Below are positions 38,458-48,718 of a DNA stretch of 64,000 bases, one piece after another (within the stretch, counting starts at the first letter, position 1; each line of letters starts with the position of its first letter). This DNA comes from a virus. Made by a program: the position numbers and the translations under genes. The stretch is taken from the IMG/VR virus record IMGVR_UViG_3300042526_000097, positions 25,419 to 89,418 of that record. One strand, 5' to 3'. The notes beneath the pieces are model-generated. The model saw nothing but the letters and a program-made list of their open reading frames with translations. It did no database searches and was not told the origin of the DNA.

Positions 38458-39237
38458 CTACAGTTCTGGAAGGTCCAAGTCAATATCAACCACCTCTATA
38501 GGTACAAAACCTGATAGCAGATTAGGATCCCATTGAGGGTGATTAGGGTTTAACAGTGTTACAGTCTGTGATGTTTCTTCAAAGATTATAGGACCATAAT
38601 AGTCACCAAAGCTTTTAAGATATTGTTCAATTACTTTAGAGTACATGTCCATGTGGTCAATACACTCAGAGAGCAGCTTCTTAGCTTTTACTTCTCCCAT
38701 TCCAGGTATACCTTTTATGTTGTCAGTGCTATCTCCCATGAGTAATTGCATACAAAGATTGTACATAGCACTCTCTTTAGTAACTACTTCTAGGACAGAG
38801 TCCATCTTCTTGTAATCAAAGTGGATACCAGGTAGTTGTCTAAGGTCTTTATCAGGAGAACAATAGACTACTTCCATCTCTTCTTTCATTACATGTGGGT
38901 ATCCTGATAATACATCATCAGCCTCACAGTTTACTGGCATTACAAATTTCCAATGAGTCATAAGGTAGTTCTTAATGAAGACTTCCCATTTACTTACCCA
39001 TTCAGGTTTCTCTCCTCTATGACCTTTATAGTCTGCATATTTATACACTTCATACCTGAAGTATGTATCAGCAGTAAAAGACCCTAGATAGTGTGTAGCC
39101 TCTGTCTTCTTAAGTATTTCATTGACAATACTGTCTACAGCTTGGGCCACAAAGAACTCATCAGAGTCCTTGTGGTGCCAAGCTACAATGTAGACAATAC
39201 TATCTGCGTCTATTAGGGCTAGCCTTTTTTGTTGCAT
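38458..39237 (-). CDS. 5'-3' exonuclease / flap endonuclease (RNase H-like)
   Basis: LIDADS, YKGHR, EADD, SPDKDLRQLPG, GDSTDNIKGIPGMG (H3TH). Confidence 0.9.
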   Translation of the reverse strand: MQQKRLALIDADSIVYIVAWHHKDSDEFFVAQAVDSIVNEILKKTEATHYLGSFTADTYFRYEVYKYADYKGHRGEKPEWVSKWEVFIKNYLMTHWKFVMPVNCEADDVLSGYPHVMKEEMEVVYCSPDKDLRQLPGIHFDYKKMDSVLEVVTKESAMYNLCMQLLMGDSTDNIKGIPGMGEVKAKKLLSECIDHMDMYSKVIEQYLKSFGDYYGPIIFEETSQTVTLLNPNHPQWDPNLLSGFVPIEVVDIDLDLPEL

Positions 39238-39634
39238 TAGTAGGTTTTAAAGATTTATAGTATTCAAGTTCTGCTACCAGTTCAAAGAAGTCATGGGCAT
39301 ACATAAATGCATACTTACCTTTAGTCATGAACCTAAGTCCATTTTCACTAAGTTCAGTACGTCTATGCATTACAACATTCTTTATTCCAGGTACAATAGG
39401 AATTTCATCCATCACTTTAACATAACTCAATGTCCCTGTTACAGATTTACACTGTACATTAAATGGAAATCTTCCATTCTCAAGTTCATCTTCATTTGCT
39501 AGGTCAATCTTTTGAGCATCTCTACTCCTGTTGACTTGACGTGATGATTTAACATGTTTAAATCCTATGGCTTTAAACTTGTTGACACATTCTCTTTCGA
39601 AAGTATGTCCTACTTCTCTGTTACGGTTACTCAT
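39200..39634 (-). CDS. Holliday junction resolvase-like PD-(D/E)XK nuclease
   Basis: NR..GHTFERE, KIDL, NVQCK. Confidence 0.7.
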   Translation of the reverse strand: MSNRNREVGHTFERECVNKFKAIGFKHVKSSRQVNRSRDAQKIDLANEDELENGRFPFNVQCKSVTGTLSYVKVMDEIPIVPGIKNVVMHRRTELSENGLRFMTKGKYAFMYAHDFFELVAELEYYKSLKPTNATKKASPNRRR

Positions 39635-39644
39635 AAATGTAAAG

Positions 39645-40820
39645 TTATGCTAAAGCAATTGCTTCATTCATTTCATCCTCTACTTTTTTAAGTTTAGAAT
39701 GACTTTCAAGTGCAATTACTTCTTCTAGTAAAGCTGCATACTCAGCATCGTTTAAGGCTGCATAGGTGCTACTGTGGTAGATACCTTTGTTTACACCTGC
39801 AAATGAGGAGTGTACAAAGTATCTTCTAGTAGTCATTGTACCATCAGATCCATACCCAATATTAATTGAGTGAATATCTGCTGGATCTACAAAGATGTTA
39901 TGTGTTGTTGAACCTGCAGTCTGATACCCTTTGATATAAGCAAGACCACCACAATGTAAGCCTTTACAACCTGGACGGCTAACTTGACTCCAAGATGGTA
40001 AGTAGTGAGAACAACCTACACGGATATGATGGCCAGTTGTTTTGTTACCTGCCATATCTTCACATACAAACTCATCACCAGATTCACCCATAATAGCAGG
40101 ACGGAATACTCTGTCCTCTACATACTCAGGTTCTGCATAAGTGATTATGCCGGTGTCTGGGTCAATAGTCTTAGAGTATCTATCTACTAGGACAGCATCT
40201 CCATCTGCATCTAAAGAGTACTTGGTAGTAACCTCGTCAGATACTTTGTAACATACTAACAAACCTTCTCTAGTGATAGCTACTTGAGTTGTAGTTGCAT
40301 GCTGTTTAGCAGCCTCTAAAGATAAACCTTCTTGTTCCATCAACTTGTTTGCCAAGTCTATGTTTACATAAGGTGCAGAGATATACTCAGCAAAGTTCTC
40401 AGCTCTTTCTTCACTGTACCCAGGACGGCCAGGTATAGGTCTTAGAAATCTTGTCCACGCTTTAATCAAGGGTTCAATTTCTATTCCCTTTTCTACTGCC
40501 TTAATAATCCTGTCAGCAAAAGATGAAGGCAAAGGTTTAGTAGACACGTGATTCCCAACCTTCAAGAAGAACTGATTGGTAGCAGTGTTAACCATTAAGT
40601 GAGGAGTCTTAGACTCAATCAACTCTTTGTAAGACTCTTTAGTCATTGGCTCGAATAGAGCTACAATGTCTTTAAGTTCTTCCATTGTAGTAACCTGAAG
40701 AGATTTATCTTCAAGTACTTTCATAGCATTATACTTCTCTTCTGAGAACGTACAGCTAAATGATTCCCCATTCACCATCCCGGTGATACGGTCTTGTATT
40801 CTGTTTACTGTAATCATCAT
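39645..40820 (-). CDS. rIIB-like protein
   Basis: ITREGLLVCYKV, CKGLHCGGLAYI, VDPADI; adjacent to rIIA-like gene. Confidence 0.75.
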   Translation of the reverse strand: MMITVNRIQDRITGMVNGESFSCTFSEEKYNAMKVLEDKSLQVTTMEELKDIVALFEPMTKESYKELIESKTPHLMVNTATNQFFLKVGNHVSTKPLPSSFADRIIKAVEKGIEIEPLIKAWTRFLRPIPGRPGYSEERAENFAEYISAPYVNIDLANKLMEQEGLSLEAAKQHATTTQVAITREGLLVCYKVSDEVTTKYSLDADGDAVLVDRYSKTIDPDTGIITYAEPEYVEDRVFRPAIMGESGDEFVCEDMAGNKTTGHHIRVGCSHYLPSWSQVSRPGCKGLHCGGLAYIKGYQTAGSTTHNIFVDPADIHSINIGYGSDGTMTTRRYFVHSSFAGVNKGIYHSSTYAALNDAEYAALLEEVIALESHSKLKKVEDEMNEAIALA

Positions 40821-40840
40821 TTTATTGATTTTAATTGTTA

Positions 40841-43525
40841 CTAAATTACATTCTTTTCTTGACAATACCTAATAATAGACTCTTCCATATTGTTAGGAAT
40901 AGTCCATTTATAAGGGGTTCTATACTGATTAAATGCTTCTGTGTAGTCAGAGTGCCCTAGAAGATATTCAATACCATTTAATAAACCTCTTACGGGTTTA
41001 GACCAATCCAAAAGTTCATTAAGTATGTTAAGAATATCAAGGTCAACTGCACAACCATCTTGTATCTCAGCACTGCCCCACATCTCCTTAGCTACTATAG
41101 ATATCTCTTCAGCAGTAGCCTCAGATTTAACTAACATCTGAAACTGCTGAACCTTATCTAAGTGAGATAACATATCAGTGTAGGCTTGAGAGTTGTTTTT
41201 CATAGCAGCATTATCAATCTTCATATCTACATGGTTAGCTTTAACATAATTTGTAAGAGTGTTATACTTCTCTTTCTGTTCTATGTCTAACGGGAAGTTC
41301 TGAAGAAAGCCCAGTTTGTTTAGCTGTTCTTTCACTAGCCTAGAGGTATTCCAACGTATTAATTTATTACTCATTGTTATTGTGTGCCCATTTACTTTTA
41401 AGAAAAACTTATTGATGTGTTTGAAGTCCTGATAGAGTTTTACTTTATCCTTAGCTACCTTAATTAATCTTATACCATGGGGATCAAAGAAGTGAGCACA
41501 ACGATAGGCTTCAGCATGACTATAAATGTTATAACGTCCTCTGAAGTCTATGTAGTCATCTTCATCACTATATCCTCTATAGTTATAGTCATCTACTACT
41601 TGCTTATCTCTAGGATAACCAATGCTTTCAGTTCTATTATCTCTAGTGAGTAAAGCAACAAACTCTAAGGTTTGGGCATCAACATCTGTACCATAATAAA
41701 TCTCTTCTTCATCCCAAGTATCAATCTCTTTTACAGGTACTTCTACTTTCTGCCACTCATAGACTCTATCTTGATAGTTTATACTTGAGCCGTTCTTAAG
41801 TCTTGGAGTATGTACTATAGTACTACCATTTAACTTCCTTCTCTCTTCATTAGTCAAATTGATGTTAGCTAACTCCTCAGCAGTCATGTTCTCTAAATCT
41901 GTGATATCTTCATCCTCTTCAGATGCTAAGAAATCTTCAGGTACTTCTATGTCCTCATAGATAAGAATTTCCTTAGAACTTAATAGATGTTTGTAAATCT
42001 TGTCTTCTAAAGTATGTCTTAGTTGTAAGGCCTTATTCTCTTCTAGGTCCTCAAGTATTAGCAGACTATTCATCCACTCAGGTTTCTCTAGAGTTGTAAA
42101 TCTACCATGCAGACTTATTAAGTACTTGTCCTTACGATTAGAAGCCCTAGAAGATTTTAAGATAACTATATCATTAAGATGAGTAGTCTCAGTCTCTAGT
42201 CTTTCTACTTTCTTACCCGACTTGTTAGCTTTAGTAATATGAGAATAGAAGACTTCTCTATTTGAGAAACTAGAGAGCATCTTAGTATGATACTTAATGC
42301 TTGGATCCCCTGTGAAATTAATATCTACCTTATCTAGGTTAACTATATTAGATAGTCTACCTAAGATGTTAGAGCTATTACTCCACTTGTTCTTAATAGA
42401 ATTACAAACTCTAAGCCATTTGATAAAGTCATTCTCTTGCATCTCTTTTTGTATAATCCTAGAGGCAGAATCAGATGCATCTTTAAATCTTTGAAGTACC
42501 ATAGCCTTAGTCTTTTCAGACCAGACTAGGGACTCCCTAGATGGAGAGATTTCAACATCTTCAGGTAATACTTTGATACCTACATTACCTAATATATCTT
42601 CTAGCTCTAACTCCTTGAAGTCTATAAAGCCATAGTTGACCTTGTTAAGTAACATGTGAGGCTTATTGAAGTATCTGTTATCTGATATTACTAAGCAATC
42701 ATCTTCATACAATATTTCAGGGGTAAAGTTTTGACGTATTGTTAGGTTGTTTTCTTTTACAAAGAAATCTACATTAGTAAAGTACATCAACTGTCTTTCA
42801 ACTGCATCTTTGTACTCTTGAAGATGATGTTTCTTAGCTTCCATAGTAACGATAACTCCATTCTTCTCAGTAGTCTTTTCTGCATAGATAACTCCAGTCT
42901 CAAAGTTAATAGGTACATTCTCTACACCAGTGTTTAAATTAAACTTTGGTATTACAGATTCCACCTTGGTATTGTAGACATTAAACTTATACCTTAGTCC
43001 ATTGTACCTAGACTCCATTGTATAGTAAGGATTAACAGACAAGGGAGCTTTAGCACCTATACCAAACTTACCTAAAGGAAGTTTAGATAGCCTCTTAGTA
43101 GAATACCCTAAAGAGAAGTATTTAGATAACCTATGGCCACCAAGACCTACACCGTGATCTTCAATTGTGACAAAGTCTTTATCCATATTGGCACCACAAT
43201 GGTATGTTACTACTACCTTATCGTTTGGAGAGAAGTATGTAGCATCATAATATGAAGGATCAAACTTACTGTCATTGTAAAGTTCCCCTTCTATTTCCTC
43301 GTAGTAGTCAGTAATCTGAGCTTTTCCACTTAAGATAAGTGCTGCTACGTTCTTTTCAGTAACTGAGTCAATACCATTAGATACTAACTCCCTGATAGTA
43401 CTCTTGATAGGATACTGATATTGGAATCTCTGTAAGATATCCATCATCAGTCCCATTGCTGAGCCCTCTATTCCTTTGTTAAAACCTCCTTGTATGTCTG
43501 TAGGGGTTTCTTGTAATATTGCCAT
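40841..43525 (-). CDS. rIIA-like protein (N-terminal GHKL ATPase)
   Basis: IRELVSNGIDS, DHGVGL, YSTKR..GKFGIGAK, SPSRESL. Confidence 0.85.
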   Translation of the reverse strand: MAILQETPTDIQGGFNKGIEGSAMGLMMDILQRFQYQYPIKSTIRELVSNGIDSVTEKNVAALILSGKAQITDYYEEIEGELYNDSKFDPSYYDATYFSPNDKVVVTYHCGANMDKDFVTIEDHGVGLGGHRLSKYFSLGYSTKRLSKLPLGKFGIGAKAPLSVNPYYTMESRYNGLRYKFNVYNTKVESVIPKFNLNTGVENVPINFETGVIYAEKTTEKNGVIVTMEAKKHHLQEYKDAVERQLMYFTNVDFFVKENNLTIRQNFTPEILYEDDCLVISDNRYFNKPHMLLNKVNYGFIDFKELELEDILGNVGIKVLPEDVEISPSRESLVWSEKTKAMVLQRFKDASDSASRIIQKEMQENDFIKWLRVCNSIKNKWSNSSNILGRLSNIVNLDKVDINFTGDPSIKYHTKMLSSFSNREVFYSHITKANKSGKKVERLETETTHLNDIVILKSSRASNRKDKYLISLHGRFTTLEKPEWMNSLLILEDLEENKALQLRHTLEDKIYKHLLSSKEILIYEDIEVPEDFLASEEDEDITDLENMTAEELANINLTNEERRKLNGSTIVHTPRLKNGSSINYQDRVYEWQKVEVPVKEIDTWDEEEIYYGTDVDAQTLEFVALLTRDNRTESIGYPRDKQVVDDYNYRGYSDEDDYIDFRGRYNIYSHAEAYRCAHFFDPHGIRLIKVAKDKVKLYQDFKHINKFFLKVNGHTITMSNKLIRWNTSRLVKEQLNKLGFLQNFPLDIEQKEKYNTLTNYVKANHVDMKIDNAAMKNNSQAYTDMLSHLDKVQQFQMLVKSEATAEEISIVAKEMWGSAEIQDGCAVDLDILNILNELLDWSKPVRGLLNGIEYLLGHSDYTEAFNQYRTPYKWTIPNNMEESIIRYCQEKNVI

Positions 43526-43761
43526 TAATTTAATAGGGTTATGTGTGATTTAAAATCGTCTAATGGAACTTCTATTCTCTTACCATTATTAGTAAAGAGG
43601 ATTAGAAAGTCTCTTGGTCTAGTACCGGCATCTATGGCAAGACGGTTAACCATATCTACCTCGACCTGCTCACTGTTATTTTTATCAGTGTATTTAATAG
43701 AAGCAACCTTACCTATAAGTATCGACTCTAGGTAATCTTCTAACTCTTCAACTTCTGTCAT
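43525..43761 (-). CDS. hypothetical protein
   Basis: 78-aa ORF coupled to both neighbours. Confidence 0.6.
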   Translation of the reverse strand: MTEVEELEDYLESILIGKVASIKYTDKNNSEQVEVDMVNRLAIDAGTRPRDFLILFTNNGKRIEVPLDDFKSHITLLN

Positions 43762-44711
43762 GTTAATAGTTCTTGAATTAGTATAGAGGCCTCTATGGCC
43801 CCGTATTTAGCACAGAAATCTGTAGGGTCTTTTGTCCCAGTTGTTAAAGGAATTGTGACAGACCTAAATGGGTATAGATGAGGACTGGTCTTTCCATCAT
43901 TGTCAAAGAAAGTAACTACTTCAGTGTACCTCTGCTTTACCCACTCAATTAATAAAGGATCTGGTATCATATTCTCAGCCCTTGGAGCTATAGCATCATA
44001 ACCTAGAGACCTGAAGAACATTACATCCTTATAGGCCTTAGTGATTATAAGTATATCGTTATTAACTAACTGATTAAAACCTGGTATACAAGCATCTGTC
44101 CAATCCATTAGAAAAGACTTAGGATAAGGTTGATATAACTGATACTTGTCAAAGATTCTATAAGCATACATTAATCCTTTAGGACTTCTAGGGCAAGCAT
44201 CAGAATCATAAAGAAAGTAATAGTCTACAGCCTTTACATTGTATAGGTTTAAGATGTCCTCACTAACATTATACTTACTCCAATATTGAAAGTCTTTAAA
44301 GTTAAATTGTCTTGACTTTACTCTAATATGACAGAGTTCTTTTCTTACAGGTGTTATAACTAGAGTCTTAACAGCTGGAGTGGTACCAGCTAGAAGACCA
44401 AAGTCAGTAGCTATTTTAATCATAGCCTCTAACCTAGTCTCTAGCTGATATAACACTTTTACAAGATCAAAGATGTCTCCATAGTTAGGAGTGCATGGAA
44501 GAGCTTGGTCTTTCCACATGAACTCATTCACTCTACCAACACCATACTTTCTTTCGTAGATACCAAAAGAAGGTTTATCATCTACATTCCTTAATCTTGA
44601 ATTGTATACACTTCCAATCACTGGCTCAAACTCTAGATAGAAACAATAAAGAGAGTATTCATCTACATTCTCTAGTATCTCTTGCTCATCAAGTAAATCC
44701 AGGCTTAGCAT
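43758..44711 (-). CDS. DNA primase (crAss-like TOPRIM)
   Basis: SRLR..DDKPSF, GDIFD, IITKAYKDVM, APRAE, FFDND, KDPTDF. Confidence 0.8.
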   Translation of the reverse strand: MLSLDLLDEQEILENVDEYSLYCFYLEFEPVIGSVYNSRLRNVDDKPSFGIYERKYGVGRVNEFMWKDQALPCTPNYGDIFDLVKVLYQLETRLEAMIKIATDFGLLAGTTPAVKTLVITPVRKELCHIRVKSRQFNFKDFQYWSKYNVSEDILNLYNVKAVDYYFLYDSDACPRSPKGLMYAYRIFDKYQLYQPYPKSFLMDWTDACIPGFNQLVNNDILIITKAYKDVMFFRSLGYDAIAPRAENMIPDPLLIEWVKQRYTEVVTFFDNDGKTSPHLYPFRSVTIPLTTGTKDPTDFCAKYGAIEASILIQELLT

Positions 44712-44716
44712 AGAAC

Positions 44717-45499
44717 TTAGTTTAAGTCAGAAGAAGTACTAAGATCTACAGGAGCTCCTCCTCCAAACAAGGCTGCTGCACTCTGAGGTGTAGCTGGTAC
44801 ACTGTCTGGGATGTCATCTGTTTCAGTCAATGGAGTACCATCATTAAGTTTGTTTGTAACTTCAAACTTGTTGAAAGCAATCTTAGATGCAATCTTAGGG
44901 ACAATGGCCGGCTCTACAAACGGGTAGGATTGTAAAAGCTTGTCACGGAACTTAGGATAGTGATTCTTAGTACTGTTTCTACGTAGTAACATTCTAAGTG
45001 GATACTCTTCCTTACCAAAGAACTCACTGCACATCTCAATGAACTGACTAGCTAAGTTCTTAGTTATTGCAACTAAAACATTCTCAGTCAAAAGCAATTG
45101 AGTGTTGTCCTTAGTGATAGGAATACCTTTGAATCTTTCAAACTTGATCTTGTCAGAAGTCATGTAGCATTTAGCAAACAGAGTGAACATGTTTTGCATC
45201 TCTTTAGAGGCATCGTTGGCTTCTTGAATTCTTTGACTCATGCTCTTAGGTTTCCCCTCACGATCATTTTCATCTGGTACATTCAAACACCATACTTTAA
45301 TAGTAGTGTTACCACCACCTTTACCTGTAATCAACATACCATTCTCATCTACAGCTTCCCCAAAAGGATCTGCATCATCACTGGTTGCTGTACTACCTGC
45401 TGTGGTAATAGTAAAGTCTACTGAAGGATTACTACCTTCTTTTTCTGTAATTTCTACATTCTTGAGAATTATATTCTCGTGGATACCTACTCCAATCAT
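44717..45499 (-). CDS. putative single-stranded DNA-binding protein
   Basis: Located between primase and AAA ATPase; GIHEN start; acidic flexible tail; own promoter. Confidence 0.4.
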   Translation of the reverse strand: MIGVGIHENIILKNVEITEKEGSNPSVDFTITTAGSTATSDDADPFGEAVDENGMLITGKGGGNTTIKVWCLNVPDENDREGKPKSMSQRIQEANDASKEMQNMFTLFAKCYMTSDKIKFERFKGIPITKDNTQLLLTENVLVAITKNLASQFIEMCSEFFGKEEYPLRMLLRRNSTKNHYPKFRDKLLQSYPFVEPAIVPKIASKIAFNKFEVTNKLNDGTPLTETDDIPDSVPATPQSAAALFGGGAPVDLSTSSDLN

Positions 45500-45523
45500 A
45501 AAATATTTATTTAATTAAAAGGT

Positions 45524-45533
45524 TACAAATATA
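45524..45533 (-). promoter_or_regulatory. TAnnTTTG promoter
   Basis: TATATTTGTA on the - strand, 24 nt before ATG 45499. Confidence 0.55.
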
Positions 45534-45537
45534 AGTA

Positions 45538-45565
45538 AAGAAGGGCTATCTTTCAAGCCCTTCTT
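45538..45565. terminator. intrinsic terminator
   Basis: Perfect 10-bp inverted repeat AAGAAGGGCT/AGCCCTTCTT. Confidence 0.7.
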
Positions 45566-45571
45566 ATTGTT

Positions 45572-46363
45572 CTAGGACTGATTGCTCAAGTCTAAAGACA
45601 TCATTGGCATCTCAGAGATAGAAGTCTCATGGAACTCTTGCACAGGAGGTGCTACACGAGCTTGGTCAACGTCAAAGTCAGACCCTGGAGGTACCACTGC
45701 AACCACAGGAGTCATAGGGAATACATTAATATTCTCTCTTCTTGCTATGTCCGGCTTACCCATATCATCTCCTCTTGAGATAACCTTAGGCAATACAAAT
45801 ATACCATTAAGAGCCTTTGACTTAAGGTTGAAGTTAGTGTTGATTTCAAGGTCTATATACCCTTCCTCATTACACTCTAAGCCATACACCTCTTTAATCA
45901 ATGGGAGTAAAGTCTTACTACCAAAAGTACTTGCTCCTTGCTCCATTACAGAGAACACAGGAGTTCCATCTTCATTGTACTTTGTAGTAGAGAACAAGTC
46001 TACTTTGTTGCAACTCTTAGGGGCTACACCTATGAGTATAAGCTTATTGCTACGGGTAGCATCATCTACTTGGGTCCAGTCAGAGATACTAAAGACATCA
46101 AAGCCATTAGTCTTACCTTCGTTTGGTATAGACGTAGTAATCTTACCTTCTGCATCAACAGTTCTTACCTTATTAGAGTACTCCAAAGAGAAGGCATCTG
46201 TTAAAGCTTGTGAAGGGTAAACCTTACCTGATTTCCACACACGGATACCCATGAATGTAGAAGCAGGATTGTTGTTAGTACTACTCTTCTTGGCAGCACG
46301 TGTGGAGGATTTTGGTACTTCCTCAATTTTTATTTCATTTAAGAAATCTAAAGAAAAACTCAT
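45572..46363 (-). CDS. hypothetical protein
   Basis: 263-aa ORF in the replication operon. Confidence 0.65.
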   Translation of the reverse strand: MSFSLDFLNEIKIEEVPKSSTRAAKKSSTNNNPASTFMGIRVWKSGKVYPSQALTDAFSLEYSNKVRTVDAEGKITTSIPNEGKTNGFDVFSISDWTQVDDATRSNKLILIGVAPKSCNKVDLFSTTKYNEDGTPVFSVMEQGASTFGSKTLLPLIKEVYGLECNEEGYIDLEINTNFNLKSKALNGIFVLPKVISRGDDMGKPDIARRENINVFPMTPVVAVVPPGSDFDVDQARVAPPVQEFHETSISEMPMMSLDLSNQS

Positions 46364-46384
46364 TTGTTAGAATTTAAAAGTTAA

Positions 46385-47071
46385 TTAATTGCCATAGAAC
46401 TCTCTTGCATCTTTGAAGACTGCAGATAAGTCATTTGGTACTTGAAGACTGTTGAACATACCTTGAGGTGATTTAGCTGGTATAATTACACCAGTTCTTA
46501 AACACCTATTGGTAATGAAATTGTACTGTGGTTTACCTTCTCTGTCAAAAGACACTTCAGTAAACAAAGCAATAGTTACAACTGATAAAGGATTGTATTG
46601 ATCATCTACCAATTTACCCACTGTCTTACCCTTCTTGCCTACAATGATACCATTAGATACCATATCCTCCTCATGCATCATGATAGCAACATTCAAGTTA
46701 GCTCTCATACTCTTGCACTTACTAAGGACAGATTGATATGCCTTTGCTATCTCTGTGAACTTATCATAGCCCTTCTCTGCAGACTTTCTAAAGTAGATCT
46801 CAGACATAATGAAACCTGAATCATCTATGATTAAGTTCTTTATGTGAGCTGCTGCAGCACTGGTGTTGATACTTTCTAGTACATTTAAAATTGCAGTAGA
46901 AGAATCTATCTCAGACAGGTTAGAACCTACTTTATAGATTTCTCCACTACCTTTAAAGGGTAATGGCTTGTTAGCACAGTTAATAATATAAGTCTCCTTA
47001 GGGTCTAAGGATTGTATAGAGGTTGATTTACCTGTTCCGGTATCACCTACTACTAGGATTACATTAGCCAT
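46385..47071 (-). CDS. AAA_24 / Sak4-like ATPase
   Basis: GDTGTGKST, KPLPFKG, LIIDD, GYDKF, PAKSPQGMF. Confidence 0.85.
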   Translation of the reverse strand: MANVILVVGDTGTGKSTSIQSLDPKETYIINCANKPLPFKGSGEIYKVGSNLSEIDSSTAILNVLESINTSAAAAHIKNLIIDDSGFIMSEIYFRKSAEKGYDKFTEIAKAYQSVLSKCKSMRANLNVAIMMHEEDMVSNGIIVGKKGKTVGKLVDDQYNPLSVVTIALFTEVSFDREGKPQYNFITNRCLRTGVIIPAKSPQGMFNSLQVPNDLSAVFKDAREFYGN

Positions 47072-48221
47072 TTTTTGTTAATTTAAGAGCTTGGCCTATC
47101 CATGGTCCCAGGTCTGGATCCAGGTCATCCGGGAGATCGTAGAACATACCAGCAACTCCATTCATAAATAGTGGAAACATCAGATTCACAGGACCATATC
47201 TGTTTTTAATTAGATAGGATACTATGAGACTGTCCCCCAAGCCACCTAACTGTGGGGGAGTACAAGGGAATCCATCAAAGGATTCTAGTTCAAACTTACA
47301 GGGTTTTACTAACCCTATCACATAGTCAGCATCACGATAGGTATAGGTACTATCACCAAAGTCCATTTGCTGTGGAGCAATGACATTGGCAGCACCTTTA
47401 TTACCATGCCTGACTAAGGCTTCTCTTCGAGACTTGATTAAGTCCTGATTGAATTGTTGAACAAATACAATAGTAGTACTGAACATATTCCTAAGGACAA
47501 CAGCTTTTTTACTCATGTCATCTATAGTCTCTTTACTGTTCTTACCATCTAGTAGGGCTAAGTGATCTATTACTAGTAGAGTCATAGGCACTTCTTGTTG
47601 GGGTATGAATGCTATAACTCCTCCCTTTTCTCCTTTAGCTTTCTCATCGGATGATAGCTCTGTACGTTTAACTATACCAAACTTTGAATAGTATTCATCT
47701 ATTAGGTAATTAGTCAGTATACTAGGGGATACAGTACTGTCTAGTATGTGCACATCTTTTAGTAAAAGTTCCACAAAGGTGTAAGCTTCTTGAATCTTTT
47801 CCATCTCCTCATCAGAGGGTTTCTTTTCTGGTATACGGCCCATAACAAAGTCTGAAGACCAATCCAGTCCATACTTCCAATTGAGGTATGTGCAACACCA
47901 TTTCACTTGCTTCTCTAGAGTTGATAATTCTAAAGAACAGTAAAATATCTTTATAGGTTTATTCTCTTTCTTGGCATGTAGCCACAGAGAGAAAACAAAC
48001 GTATAGTCAGTAAACTGTGTTTTACCCACATTCGGGTGGGCACCTATAAGATAATACCTACCTCTCTGTATACCATGTAGCTTATTAGTAAGCTTTAGAG
48101 TACCAGGGATACCAGTATTTAATCCTTTCCTACCTTTTTCAATTTGCTGTAGAAACTTAGGGTCTCTTATTCCCTCTAAGGTTAAGTTAACCTCTGGTAA
48201 ACCATGAGATAGTTGAGTCAT
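47064..48221 (-). CDS. DnaB-like replicative helicase
   Basis: GAHPNVGKT, SLE, VIDH, VQQFN, DADYVIGL, IKNRYG. Confidence 0.85.
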   Translation of the reverse strand: MTQLSHGLPEVNLTLEGIRDPKFLQQIEKGRKGLNTGIPGTLKLTNKLHGIQRGRYYLIGAHPNVGKTQFTDYTFVFSLWLHAKKENKPIKIFYCSLELSTLEKQVKWCCTYLNWKYGLDWSSDFVMGRIPEKKPSDEEMEKIQEAYTFVELLLKDVHILDSTVSPSILTNYLIDEYYSKFGIVKRTELSSDEKAKGEKGGVIAFIPQQEVPMTLLVIDHLALLDGKNSKETIDDMSKKAVVLRNMFSTTIVFVQQFNQDLIKSRREALVRHGNKGAANVIAPQQMDFGDSTYTYRDADYVIGLVKPCKFELESFDGFPCTPPQLGGLGDSLIVSYLIKNRYGPVNLMFPLFMNGVAGMFYDLPDDLDPDLGPWIGQALKLTKNG

Positions 48222-48714
48222 GTACTTCAGTTTTTATGTGTTCTTTTAATGTTCCATCTTGATGCTTTTGGAGGACAGTATCATAATCAGTTTCCCATTC
48301 TCCTGAAGACATATAGTTGCCTACACTCTTCTTAAACTGCATGTTAGATTTATAATAAAGTGTCACTGCCAAAGCCATAACATCAATCTTATACCCTTTT
48401 TGGATTGCTTTTTTAAAGGCTAGAACTCCTTCATTAGAATACTTATTTAAGGCATAAGCTCTCCCAAAACTATCGTAGGCCTTTTGAGGTATTTGACATA
48501 ATGCAATGAACTGCTTATACTGTTCCTCAATAGTACCGCCTTGGATAGCAGGAGTCTGGACAACCTTTGTGGGTATATCCAGAGGAGGAGGTGGAGGAGG
48601 TTTCCCTACTGCAGCCATCTCTGACCTAGCCTTATCTGTAAACACAGGCTTGTTCTTATGAAGAGTAACATACTTATTCATGATAAGCCATGTCATTGTA
48701 TCTTTTAGATTCAT
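48187..48714 (-). CDS. hypothetical protein
   Basis: 175 aa, directly upstream of DnaB. Confidence 0.6.
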   Translation of the reverse strand: MNLKDTMTWLIMNKYVTLHKNKPVFTDKARSEMAAVGKPPPPPPLDIPTKVVQTPAIQGGTIEEQYKQFIALCQIPQKAYDSFGRAYALNKYSNEGVLAFKKAIQKGYKIDVMALAVTLYYKSNMQFKKSVGNYMSSGEWETDYDTVLQKHQDGTLKEHIKTEVHDSTISWFTRG

Positions 48715-48718
48715 CTTA

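Noticed and set aside
45582-46220. 212-aa + strand ORF
   Set aside because: Fully antisense to a gene in the - strand operon; Ser/Leu-rich shadow composition
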